Assembly: GCA_046715215.1 (NCBI GenBank)
Contig: JBKJZK010000047.1
Span: 1 to 36,998 of the forward strand
Length of the DNA stretch: 36,998 nt
From: Nitrospiraceae bacterium
GTDB taxonomy: Bacteria; Nitrospirota; Nitrospiria; Nitrospirales; Nitrospiraceae
Direction of reading: 5' to 3'
Part shown: positions 25,334 to 33,196 of the stretch, one piece after another
How positions within the stretch are numbered: position 1 is the stretch's first letter
Layout: each line of letters opens with the position of its first letter
Program-made: the position numbers and the translations under genes
The notes under the pieces: model-generated
The model's input: only the letters and a program-made list of their open reading frames with translations
What the model was told of the DNA's origin: nothing
The model's database searches: none

Positions 25334-26661
25334 GCCGGCCTCATTGAGAGTGAAATCGCGTGCGCCGCGAGCGCGAGGGCCGCGAGGTAATAGAAATAGG
25401 GATGATAGCTGACCGGATGAAACATGGCCGCCAGCGTAAAGGCCAGCAAGCTGATCTGGATTCCCTCCGCCAGGTACCCCAAATCTTTCATCTCCGGCGC
25501 CTCCGCTGCCCGTCGCTGGACCTGAATCGTGCTTCTCACGCACGACACCAGCAACACCGTAAACAACAGGACCCCCGGCAGGCCCAGATCCATGGTCAGT
25601 TCAAGAAACACGTTGTGAACCGGCCGCCATCCGCCTCCCCGCGCCTCGTTCATCGCGAGCACGTTCATCCCCACCCCCGCTCCGGTGACGGGAGACGACA
25701 GGGCATACCGGACGGCAATTATCATGTCCGTCACCCGTTCCCCTGCGGACCCGGTCGAGTCAGCCTCCGTGTGGACGATGGTGCTCATCCGCTCGAAGTA
25801 CGTGGACGGCAACAGCGGCAGGCAGAGTAAGGCCAGGACCAAGATGCCATATATCCACACTCGCTCGACGCGACGACGCAGTTTCCACGCATAGACAAGA
25901 AAAATGGCGCCCAACGTAAGAAAACCGCCTCGCGAAAACGTCAAGATGACTGTCAGAGCTTCCAGCGCGAGCATGACCGACAACGCCATCCGAATCGCCG
26001 GGCGCGCGCTGCTCAAGAGCAAGGCCATGGTCAACGGAAGAATCACGTTGATCATGAGGGCCAGATCGTTCGGATTTTTCGTTAACGCCCCCTCGTTACC
26101 GACCACGCGGTCTTGATTCGCGGCCTGATCGATGAACACCCCCGACGCATAATTATTGAGCGTAAACATCGCCAGCCCGATCGCCATGAGACTCAAGCTC
26201 CAGGCCGTTTGTCGCAGACGCAGCATGGTCACGGCCGTATGGCTCAACAACCAAAAGATCGCGAGCGTCTTGAAGTATTGCCCGCTCAGGAAGGCCAGAC
26301 TGCCGCCCGGCCAGATCGAGAAGGGCACCGTCACCGTCGCCCATGCGGCCAAGGCCCCGATGATCCACAGTTCCCGGGCGCGCATGAACAGCGGCGCGCC
26401 ATAATTGAATCGATCCACGAGATAGGCGCCGATGCCGATCACGGCAGGAATCATCGCCGGCCTCAACGATTCGAGCGCCGGGAAATACGCTTGCGGAGAA
26501 AACAGGAGGACCGCCGTAAAGACGATCGCGGCCCAAAACGGAACCCCGCTATGAGGTGGTTCCCAACTATCGACGGCGGCTCGTCCGGCCCGCCAATCGG
26601 CTTGGGCCGGTCCGGCTCTCCACCATTCACTGCTGGTGCGCTCCATGAGTGTTTCGCGCAT
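25321..26661 (-). CDS. O-antigen ligase/polymerase-like (Wzy_C) integral membrane protein; probable EPS polymerase
   Basis: About 10-12 TM helices with a large periplasmic loop (...TIVHTEADSTGSAGERVTDMIIAVRYALSSPVTGAGVG...), typical of the Wzy/WaaL family. Confidence 0.85.
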   Translation of the reverse strand: MRETLMERTSSEWWRAGPAQADWRAGRAAVDSWEPPHSGVPFWAAIVFTAVLLFSPQAYFPALESLRPAMIPAVIGIGAYLVDRFNYGAPLFMRARELWIIGALAAWATVTVPFSIWPGGSLAFLSGQYFKTLAIFWLLSHTAVTMLRLRQTAWSLSLMAIGLAMFTLNNYASGVFIDQAANQDRVVGNEGALTKNPNDLALMINVILPLTMALLLSSARPAIRMALSVMLALEALTVILTFSRGGFLTLGAIFLVYAWKLRRRVERVWIYGILVLALLCLPLLPSTYFERMSTIVHTEADSTGSAGERVTDMIIAVRYALSSPVTGAGVGMNVLAMNEARGGGWRPVHNVFLELTMDLGLPGVLLFTVLLVSCVRSTIQVQRRAAEAPEMKDLGYLAEGIQISLLAFTLAAMFHPVSYHPYFYYLAALALAAHAISLSMRPACQV

Positions 26662-26740
26662 GGCATCAACCCGGACTATTCATGACGGTTCGTCGGCCCC
26701 CAATTCGAGCGAGACTTGCGAGACGGGACGGGAGAAGAGC

Positions 26741-26840
26741 TTTTGAGTTCTGAGTTAGAAACGGAGAAGAGAGGCGAGACGAGCAAGGGTTCAAGGTCCG
26801 ACGTTCGAGGTTTTCTGAACTTCGAACTCAGAACTCAAAA
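26741..26840. repeat. Perfect 16-bp inverted repeat built from the GAGTTCT word, 68-nt spacer
   Basis: TTTTGAGTTCTGAGTT (26741-26756) and AACTCAGAACTCAAAA (26825-26840), in the gap between the sugar transferase stop (26863) and the Wzy-like start (26661). Confidence 0.9.
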
Positions 26841-26862
26841 CTTCGTGCCGCGCCTGTCTCGT

Positions 26863-28080
26863 TCACGCTGCATCCAATCGATTGTCGGCACCGACGTCCG
26901 ACTGGGGAGCCTGCGGTTGCTCCGGACCTCTCTGCCTACTTTCCTGACCGAGAATCACGACCTTGATCGTCTTGAGCAGGATGCGAATATCCAACCATAC
27001 GGAGAAATATTTGATGTAGTACAAGTCGTAACACATCTTTTCCCTCTCTTCTTCGAGGTTGTTGGCGTATCCGTAGTGGACCTGCGCCCATCCCGTGATG
27101 CCGGGCAACATCATCGAACGGAACGCATAGAACGGAATGCGATCCATGAAGAGGGTGTAGTTGGAAGCCGGATGCGGACGAGGCCCGACCAGGCTCATAT
27201 GGCCCAGGAGCACATTAAAGAGTTGCGGCGCTTCGTCGAGCCGAAACTTCCGCAGCCATCGTCCGACCCGGGTGATGCGAGCGCCGTTGTCTTTCACCCA
27301 TTCGGAGGCCGGCTCCGCGTCCGAATGCATGGTGCGAAATTTCACCAGCGGAAACCGGCGGCCATTCTTCCCCATCCGTTCCTGCACGAACAGCGCCGGT
27401 CCGGGAGAATCCAGTTTGACGAGCAGGGCGATGGCGGCGAGGAGAGGCGCGCACAGCACGAGCCCGGCCGACGACAAGACGACGCCCATGACCCGCTGAA
27501 GCGCGCAATGGATAGGATGCCGGCGTAATTCATTTGAATAAATCAGATAGCTCGGGTACACCCGATCAAGGGCTAGCTTGCCGGTGAGCCGCTCGTACAC
27601 ATACAGCGCCTCTTCAATGACGATGCCCTTCCGCTTGGCGTCAAGGAGCACCTCGATCGGGACCCGGCTCCGGCGTTCGAGTAAGGCGACCACGATGCGA
27701 TGCGGCTGCACGCTGCCCTGTTGCGCGTCGACCGGCACCAGCGACACGCCGTTTTTCAGGACTCGGTTCGGCTTGCCCGGCTCCGCGGCATCCAGCACCC
27801 GATAACGGGGCCGCTTCTTCAGCTCGGTGATCACTGCGCGGGCCATCTCGGTCTTGCCGAGCACCAGCACATTTTCCACGAAGGGCCGTGGCATCCGAAA
27901 CCGGGCGGATCCGGCCCGGCTCACCAGCACCGCGGCGATGGTCACCGTCCATGCGCCTACAAAATTTGACCATGACAGCGCATCGGACGGCGAGCAGGCG
28001 GCCAGCAGAGCTACCGCTGAGGCCGCGACGGCCGACGGGGATCGCGATAGATAGAATGAGAAGTTCGAAATGAGTCGCAT
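26863..28080 (-). CDS. Initiating polyprenyl-phosphate glycosyl-1-phosphate transferase (bacterial sugar transferase, WbaP/EpsB-like)
   Basis: N-terminal TM helices plus a Rossmann-like linker (VLVLGKTEMA...), then the catalytic C-terminal domain DSPGPALFVQERMGKNGRRFPLVKFRTM...RLDEAPQLFNVLLGHMSLVGPRP. I preferred the ATG at 28080 over the TTG at 28098. Confidence 0.9.
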   Translation of the reverse strand: MRLISNFSFYLSRSPSAVAASAVALLAACSPSDALSWSNFVGAWTVTIAAVLVSRAGSARFRMPRPFVENVLVLGKTEMARAVITELKKRPRYRVLDAAEPGKPNRVLKNGVSLVPVDAQQGSVQPHRIVVALLERRSRVPIEVLLDAKRKGIVIEEALYVYERLTGKLALDRVYPSYLIYSNELRRHPIHCALQRVMGVVLSSAGLVLCAPLLAAIALLVKLDSPGPALFVQERMGKNGRRFPLVKFRTMHSDAEPASEWVKDNGARITRVGRWLRKFRLDEAPQLFNVLLGHMSLVGPRPHPASNYTLFMDRIPFYAFRSMMLPGITGWAQVHYGYANNLEEEREKMCYDLYYIKYFSVWLDIRILLKTIKVVILGQESRQRGPEQPQAPQSDVGADNRLDAA

Positions 28081-28142
28081 GGTGTTCCAGTCGTTCAAAG
28101 TGTGTGGAAGTGGGGAAACAACAGAACGGCAAATTCCTCGGC

Positions 28143-28955
28143 CTACCTGGATTGAGACGGCAGGAAGTATGGCTGGTATTTATAGGACCTCAGAAGGCCG
28201 TCGTCGCCGTTGAACACCAGGCCGACCAATTTCGACGGCCCGAGAATGTCCAGCGCTTCCCCTACTTCCTTGCGCGAAGTCTTGTGCGCGCAGACCACCA
28301 TGACAAAGCCGTCCACGCTCCGCCCGATCGTCATACAGTCCGGCGCCAGCACCAGTGGAGCGGTGTCGAGGATGATCCATTCGAAGTCGCGGCGGGCTTC
28401 TTCGAGCAGTTCCGCGAAGCGGGAAGACTTGAAAATTTCATGCGGCATCACTTGGGAGCGTCCGGCGGTCACGAGAGATAGATTCCAGGCCGGCAGCCGG
28501 TGCACGATGTCTTTCAGGCACAGCGCGGGATTGACGATCGCGTCCCGGAACCCGAGCATATGCGCGTCCCTCAAGCCCAGTTGCGCCGTGATCGACGGCT
28601 TCCTGAAGTCGATGTCGATCAAGAGCACGCGTGCCTCCGGAGACTGCGCGAACGCGCCGGCCAAATTGATGGATGTCACCGTTTTTCCGTCTCCGACCGT
28701 CGGGCTGGAAATCGCCACGACCTGGAGCAGGCCGCTGTGGCGCCGCTGTTCCAACATCAGGCTCAGCGTCCGGTATTGCTCAGCTTCCATGGTGGCCGGC
28801 GAGACGAGACTGATGAGATGATCGTCCGGCTCGGGCCGTCCAATAATCTTCTCCGGGATCGAATCCTCCGCGCGGACGTCAACGCTGCCGTAGGACTGAC
28901 CGGAAGCACAGGACTCCAACGACGCTCGTAAGGCTGGATTGATGTGTTCATTCAT
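28143..28955 (-). CDS. BY-kinase-type (CpsD/CapB-like) tyrosine autokinase ATPase, stand-alone cytoplasmic subunit
   Basis: Walker A SSPTVGDGKTVTS, Walker A' VLLIDIDFRKP, Walker B WIILDTAPL, and a Tyr-containing tail SYKYQPYF. ATG at 28955 has GAAGGAGGG upstream. Confidence 0.9.
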   Translation of the reverse strand: MNEHINPALRASLESCASGQSYGSVDVRAEDSIPEKIIGRPEPDDHLISLVSPATMEAEQYRTLSLMLEQRRHSGLLQVVAISSPTVGDGKTVTSINLAGAFAQSPEARVLLIDIDFRKPSITAQLGLRDAHMLGFRDAIVNPALCLKDIVHRLPAWNLSLVTAGRSQVMPHEIFKSSRFAELLEEARRDFEWIILDTAPLVLAPDCMTIGRSVDGFVMVVCAHKTSRKEVGEALDILGPSKLVGLVFNGDDGLLRSYKYQPYFLPSQSR

Positions 28956-28994
28956 GGCCGACGACACCCTCCTTCGCGGGACCAAAGCTCGTTG

Positions 28995-30602
28995 TTATCG
29001 AGTTTGCTGCGGCTGGGGTTTGCTTTCACTCAACATCCAGACCAAGGATTCATTTTCCCATCCAAGGTAATACGACGCGCCCACGATCAACACCAGGCTG
29101 ACAGCCGAGGCAGCGGCTCGCAGCGTCGCCCGGGCATAGTTCTTTCGGCGCTCCCACTTGGTCACGATCGCTGGAATGCGCACCAAGATCGGCACCCGGG
29201 TGAACGAGCGCAGGCTTTCCACATCGTGGAAGGACCTGTCGCGATGTTCCGTCCACAAGACGCCGCCTAATGCAAGGCCGAGCGACAGAACCAGTCCGCC
29301 GAGAATCAGCTTCAATCGATTCGGAGCGATCGGCGCTTTTGAGGGCATCGCCGGATCGACGATCTTCATCTGTCCTCCGTACTTGGTCTGCTCCATGGCT
29401 TCCGCCAGTTGGGCGTCTTCATAATGTTGCAGGACGGAGGAATATAGATCTCGCGTCATCTTGTAGTCGCGGTCCAGCTGCTGAAACTCCTGCGCGTGTT
29501 GCGGCGACCGTTCGACCCGCCGCTGGTAGGCCGCCAGTTCCTGCCGCAAACGTTGCTCTTCCGCTCCCAAATTCTTTAAATCATGGTCCGACTCCCGCAG
29601 CGCGTGCTTAATGTCGTCCGGGCTGGCCAGTATTGCCGCGGCCTGGGCGGGATCAAGCTTGGCCTCCCGCGTCGTCTCGGCCAGCGCTTTTTCGATCGCC
29701 GCGATTTCTCCCTGCACGCGGCGGACGTCCGGATGCTTCGCGCTCGCGCGTGTCTGCAACTCGGTCAGCTCGGTGCGCAGCTTCTCAAGATGATAGGGCA
29801 GCGAGTCGGGACTCATCGCCGTGGACGCCGTGCCGCCTGAATTAATGTCGAACAATTGCTTTCCCAACCGCTCCCGCCGATCCACGATCCGCATCTGGCG
29901 CTCGCTGTTCAGGCCCAGTTCCTGATTGAGCCGTCCGAGGGTCGATAAGTTCACTTCCACCTGCTCGGGCAATTCCCCCATGTGGCGCTGCTTGAATCCG
30001 GCAATACCGCGCTCCTGTTCGTCGTACCGATGCTTGATGTCGTCGAGCTGTTTCTTCAACAGCGTGGTCGCCTCCGACGCCTGCCGGTTACGCATTTGCA
30101 AATTTTCTTCGACGTATTGAGCCGCCAGCGTGTTGGCGACCGTCGCGACCGTCTCGGGGTCCCGGCCACGATAACTCACTTTGAAGCCGAACGTGTTGTC
30201 GCGCCCGTAGACCTGGCGTTGCAACTCCTTCACTTCGAGCGTGATGTCACGCCGCATCCGGTCCGCGATGGCTTCATCGTGCGTCCGTTTCCGAAGCTCC
30301 TGATAGAGATCGAAGCGGGTCACCAGCGCGAGAAGGCTGGCCCGGTTCAAGAGCTTTTCGCGAATCATATGCAGGCGCGTGTCCGCTTCGCCTGTTACGG
30401 ACGATTTGACGAACCCTTCCGGAATCTGCTGCTGCTCGACGAGCACCGTGGCAGTGGAACTGAAGAGGTCGGGCAAGGACAGCGCCATGCTCAGTGCCGC
30501 GGCCATCGGCGCGGCAAAAAACAAGATGCCCAGCCATTTGCGACGGCCCCACACTTCGATCGCCAGACTTACTACCGATCGTGCTTCGGTGTCCTGCATC
30601 AT
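28995..30602 (-). CDS. Polysaccharide chain-length determinant / co-polymerase (Wzz/GumC family, PCP)
   Basis: N-terminal TM (WLGILFFAAPMAAALSMALSL), a long coiled-coil periplasmic region, and a C-terminal TM (LKLILGGLVLSLGLALGGVLW). Start is ATG 30602 or 30599 (AAGGAG upstream). Confidence 0.9.
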   Translation of the reverse strand: MMQDTEARSVVSLAIEVWGRRKWLGILFFAAPMAAALSMALSLPDLFSSTATVLVEQQQIPEGFVKSSVTGEADTRLHMIREKLLNRASLLALVTRFDLYQELRKRTHDEAIADRMRRDITLEVKELQRQVYGRDNTFGFKVSYRGRDPETVATVANTLAAQYVEENLQMRNRQASEATTLLKKQLDDIKHRYDEQERGIAGFKQRHMGELPEQVEVNLSTLGRLNQELGLNSERQMRIVDRRERLGKQLFDINSGGTASTAMSPDSLPYHLEKLRTELTELQTRASAKHPDVRRVQGEIAAIEKALAETTREAKLDPAQAAAILASPDDIKHALRESDHDLKNLGAEEQRLRQELAAYQRRVERSPQHAQEFQQLDRDYKMTRDLYSSVLQHYEDAQLAEAMEQTKYGGQMKIVDPAMPSKAPIAPNRLKLILGGLVLSLGLALGGVLWTEHRDRSFHDVESLRSFTRVPILVRIPAIVTKWERRKNYARATLRAAASAVSLVLIVGASYYLGWENESLVWMLSESKPQPQQTR

Positions 30603-30613
30603 TCTCTCCTTAA

Positions 30614-30699
30614 TCGTGAAAGACGTGAAAAGTGAAACGTAGGGCTGCCGACCGCTCTTTCTCAGAAACCTTTCACGTTTGACGATTCACGTTTCACGA
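30614..30699. repeat. Inverted arrays of the CGTGAAA word flanking a 30-nt spacer
   Basis: Left arm tcgtgaaagacgtgaaaagtgaaacgt (30614-30640); right arm tttcacgtttgacgattcacgtttcacga (30671-30699). The arms are imperfectly complementary and fill the OPX-PCP intergenic gap. Confidence 0.8.
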
Positions 30700-30701
30700 A
30701 T

Positions 30702-31340
30702 CTACGGCACGACGATGATGTCGCCCGGCTGTAGAAAGAAGTTCTCCAAGGCGCCGTTATTCGACACGACTTTGTTATAGTTGAACGGAATCTGCCGCAT
30801 CGTTTTGCCTTCGGGACGAAGGACGACGATCCGGCCCCGCCCGGCAAACTCGCCGAAACCCTCTGCCATCGCCAGAATATCCAGGACCGTCGCACGTCCT
30901 TTGAGTTCGTGCCGGCCGGTTTTTTTGACTTCGCCGATCACGGACACTTTGAAGCTGTGCACTTCGCGCACGATGACCGACACCTCCGGCGACGGTATAT
31001 ATTCGGCTAATTTCTTGAGCAGCACACTCCGCAGCTGCGTCGGCGTCAATCCGGCCGCCTGCACGTCGTTGACGAGCGGCAGGGAGATTTTTCCGTCCGG
31101 CCTGACCGGCACGGTCCGGCTGATGGCGACGTTGTTCCAAACGGAAATATCGAGCACATCCTCCGGCCCGATCCGGTAATCGCCGACTTCCTGCGCTTGA
31201 GTCAACGAATGATCCGCCTCGGAGGGCGAGGCCGAGCTTGAGGAACCCGAGTTGGACGAAACCGAAGGCGGATCCGCCGCAAAGCACGGCGAAGCGCCGA
31301 GACAGCCGATAGCCAGATAGATGAACATGCGTGGTATCAT
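30702..31340 (-). CDS. Short polysaccharide export protein (OPX; Poly_export + SLBB domains, Wza-like but lacking a C-terminal OM-spanning helix)
   Basis: Signal or lipoprotein-like N-terminus MIPRMFIYLAIGCLGASPCFAA. Poly_export motif YRIGPEDVLDISVWNN...VRPDGKISLPLVNDVQAAGLTPTQL. The protein ends after one SLBB-like region (~212 aa). ATG at 31340 has GGGGAGGAG upstream. Confidence 0.9.
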   Translation of the reverse strand: MIPRMFIYLAIGCLGASPCFAADPPSVSSNSGSSSSASPSEADHSLTQAQEVGDYRIGPEDVLDISVWNNVAISRTVPVRPDGKISLPLVNDVQAAGLTPTQLRSVLLKKLAEYIPSPEVSVIVREVHSFKVSVIGEVKKTGRHELKGRATVLDILAMAEGFGEFAGRGRIVVLRPEGKTMRQIPFNYNKVVSNNGALENFFLQPGDIIVVP

Positions 31341-31362
31341 CGTACTCCTCCCCTGTGGGCTG

Positions 31363-32577
31363 TTATTCCCACCGTGTCGGATAGGTGAACTCGAGCCGAA
31401 GCCAGTACACATTGCGGGCAATGATAATGTTCTCGCCGGTGCCGCCGCCCGTCGGCAGAAAGTTTCCTTCCTGATAACTGACATAGGCCGATCCTTTTGC
31501 CGTCACGTATTTATTCAATTGATAGGCCGCTTCAATGTACCCGGTGTAGATAGTCGAACTGAACGAGCTGTTTCTAATCCACGTCGCCGCGGGCGAGACG
31601 GTCACGGTGAGATGTTTGATCGGTTCATGCGAGGCGCTGATCGTCAGACTGTCCGTTTGCGTGGCGCCGACCGTGCCGATGATCGTCGTGACGGCGCTGA
31701 TATAAGACAGCCCAACTTCTCCTTGGGGGATGCGCCGTCGGAGGCCGACAAACGCTTCCGGCCGATCGTCCAAATTACCGTTGCTGATGCGGGGGCCGGC
31801 CCGCACGTCCAATCGCGTATCGGCTGAAAAGTCATGTCCCCAGGACAGCAGCATGGCGTGTGACTGTAACGAACTGGCGTCACCGCCGCTGAAGGTAAAA
31901 TACCGCCCGACATAGGCGGGACCCAGCGTATCGTGGGCGCCGACTCTGCGTTCTGCGGTCAGGTTGATAATGTGAGAGCTGATGTCCACCTCACGGAAGA
32001 TATCCTTGGCGTACGCATATTGGCCGATCAGCTTCGTCATCGGATCGAGCCGATATTCCGCCGTGGGGTTGACGAAATACCGCTCAACGCGGAAGCGCGT
32101 CGTTTGCGCCGAGGTCAGGAGGTTCAACTCGAACGGCGTATTCGTCTGCGCGTATCCAACGGTGTTCCCGATCGTCCAACTGGTCGACGGACGCCAGCGG
32201 GTCTCCACCGTTCCGAATTGGCGCTGCTGCGCCGTGTTCAACTGATCCAGCTTGCTGTACACTTCCGAATCGAAGCGGTAATTGCCGACGATCGTGAACG
32301 GCGTGGATTGATAGCTCGCCTGCAGGCCTGGCGTCACCCGAAGAAATACGTCCTCCTGTTTCCGTCCTTGACGGGCAAAGAACACGTTGTCGTCGTACAC
32401 CACGCCGGTCGCGATCCAGGGCATGATGTACACATCTTCAGGAACCCTGTCGCCCGACATGACGGTCGGCCCGATCGGCGAGCGCGGAATGCCTTGGATG
32501 ACCTGAGCCGACAGGGTGGCCGGCAGGAGCACAAGCACAAAGATGATCCCTCTGACGATGCCCCAATCGTCGCGCAT
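31363..32577 (-). CDS. Outer-membrane beta-barrel protein of unknown function (PEP-CTERM-locus-associated type)
   Basis: Signal peptide MRDDWGIVRGIIFVLVLLPATLSAQ. Alternating hydrophobic/polar strands with many Y/G/T. Aromatic-rich C-terminal strand (YWLRLEFTYPTRWE). Confidence 0.7.
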   Translation of the reverse strand: MRDDWGIVRGIIFVLVLLPATLSAQVIQGIPRSPIGPTVMSGDRVPEDVYIMPWIATGVVYDDNVFFARQGRKQEDVFLRVTPGLQASYQSTPFTIVGNYRFDSEVYSKLDQLNTAQQRQFGTVETRWRPSTSWTIGNTVGYAQTNTPFELNLLTSAQTTRFRVERYFVNPTAEYRLDPMTKLIGQYAYAKDIFREVDISSHIINLTAERRVGAHDTLGPAYVGRYFTFSGGDASSLQSHAMLLSWGHDFSADTRLDVRAGPRISNGNLDDRPEAFVGLRRRIPQGEVGLSYISAVTTIIGTVGATQTDSLTISASHEPIKHLTVTVSPAATWIRNSSFSSTIYTGYIEAAYQLNKYVTAKGSAYVSYQEGNFLPTGGGTGENIIIARNVYWLRLEFTYPTRWE

Positions 32578-32629
32578 AAATGGTCACCCTTTTCCCCTGC
32601 TGAGCGAACGGACGCTTGCCCGGCTTCCG

Positions 32630-33196
32630 TCACGCGGCCACGGCCAATGTGCAATTCACTTCGACCGCGACGCTCCGTTGGAACAAATGCACCGACAGCA
32701 CAAGCAATCCCTTGCCGACATGCCGATCGATCAGAATCCCTTCCACATTCGCCAACGGTCCGTCGGTGATCCGCACGCGTTGGCCCGCATGCAGATACGG
32801 ATGCGGTACCGCCCGGAGGTCGGAGTGCACCAGGGCGCGGATGGCATCGATTTCAACGTCCGGCACGGCCGCCGGGCGACCTTCCCCGCTGCTCAGTACG
32901 CAGACCAGCCCTCGCGCGCCAAGTAATTCAACATAGCGGCGGTCCGTCAGTTGGTCGCGCACAAAAAGATAACTGGGAAACATCGGTGTCAGAATGCGGT
33001 GCCGCGCGCCCGCGCGGCGAGACCAGATGGCGATCTTCGGGAAAAATGTCTCGAATCCCTTGACGGCCAGTTGGTCGCGCACGAGTTGTTCACAATGGCT
33101 GTGCGTCCACAAGGCATACCAATGCTCCTGCTCAGCCGGGCACGCTACGTCATGATTGATCAAACTTCGCTTGTCAGTACCAATTTGATCCAGCAA
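32630..33196 (-). CDS. NusG/RfaH/UpxY-like specialised transcription antitermination factor (NGN + KOW)
   Basis: NGN: WYALWTHSHCEQLVRDQLAVKGFETFFPKI...PMFPSYLFVR. KOW: AGQRVRITDGPLANVEGILI. Start is uncertain: TTG 33196 (AAGGGGG 7 nt upstream), TTG 33163, or the GTG at 33418 of the listed ORF. The N-terminal extension does not look protein-like. Confidence 0.75.
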   Translation of the reverse strand: MLDQIGTDKRSLINHDVACPAEQEHWYALWTHSHCEQLVRDQLAVKGFETFFPKIAIWSRRAGARHRILTPMFPSYLFVRDQLTDRRYVELLGARGLVCVLSSGEGRPAAVPDVEIDAIRALVHSDLRAVPHPYLHAGQRVRITDGPLANVEGILIDRHVGKGLLVLSVHLFQRSVAVEVNCTLAVAA

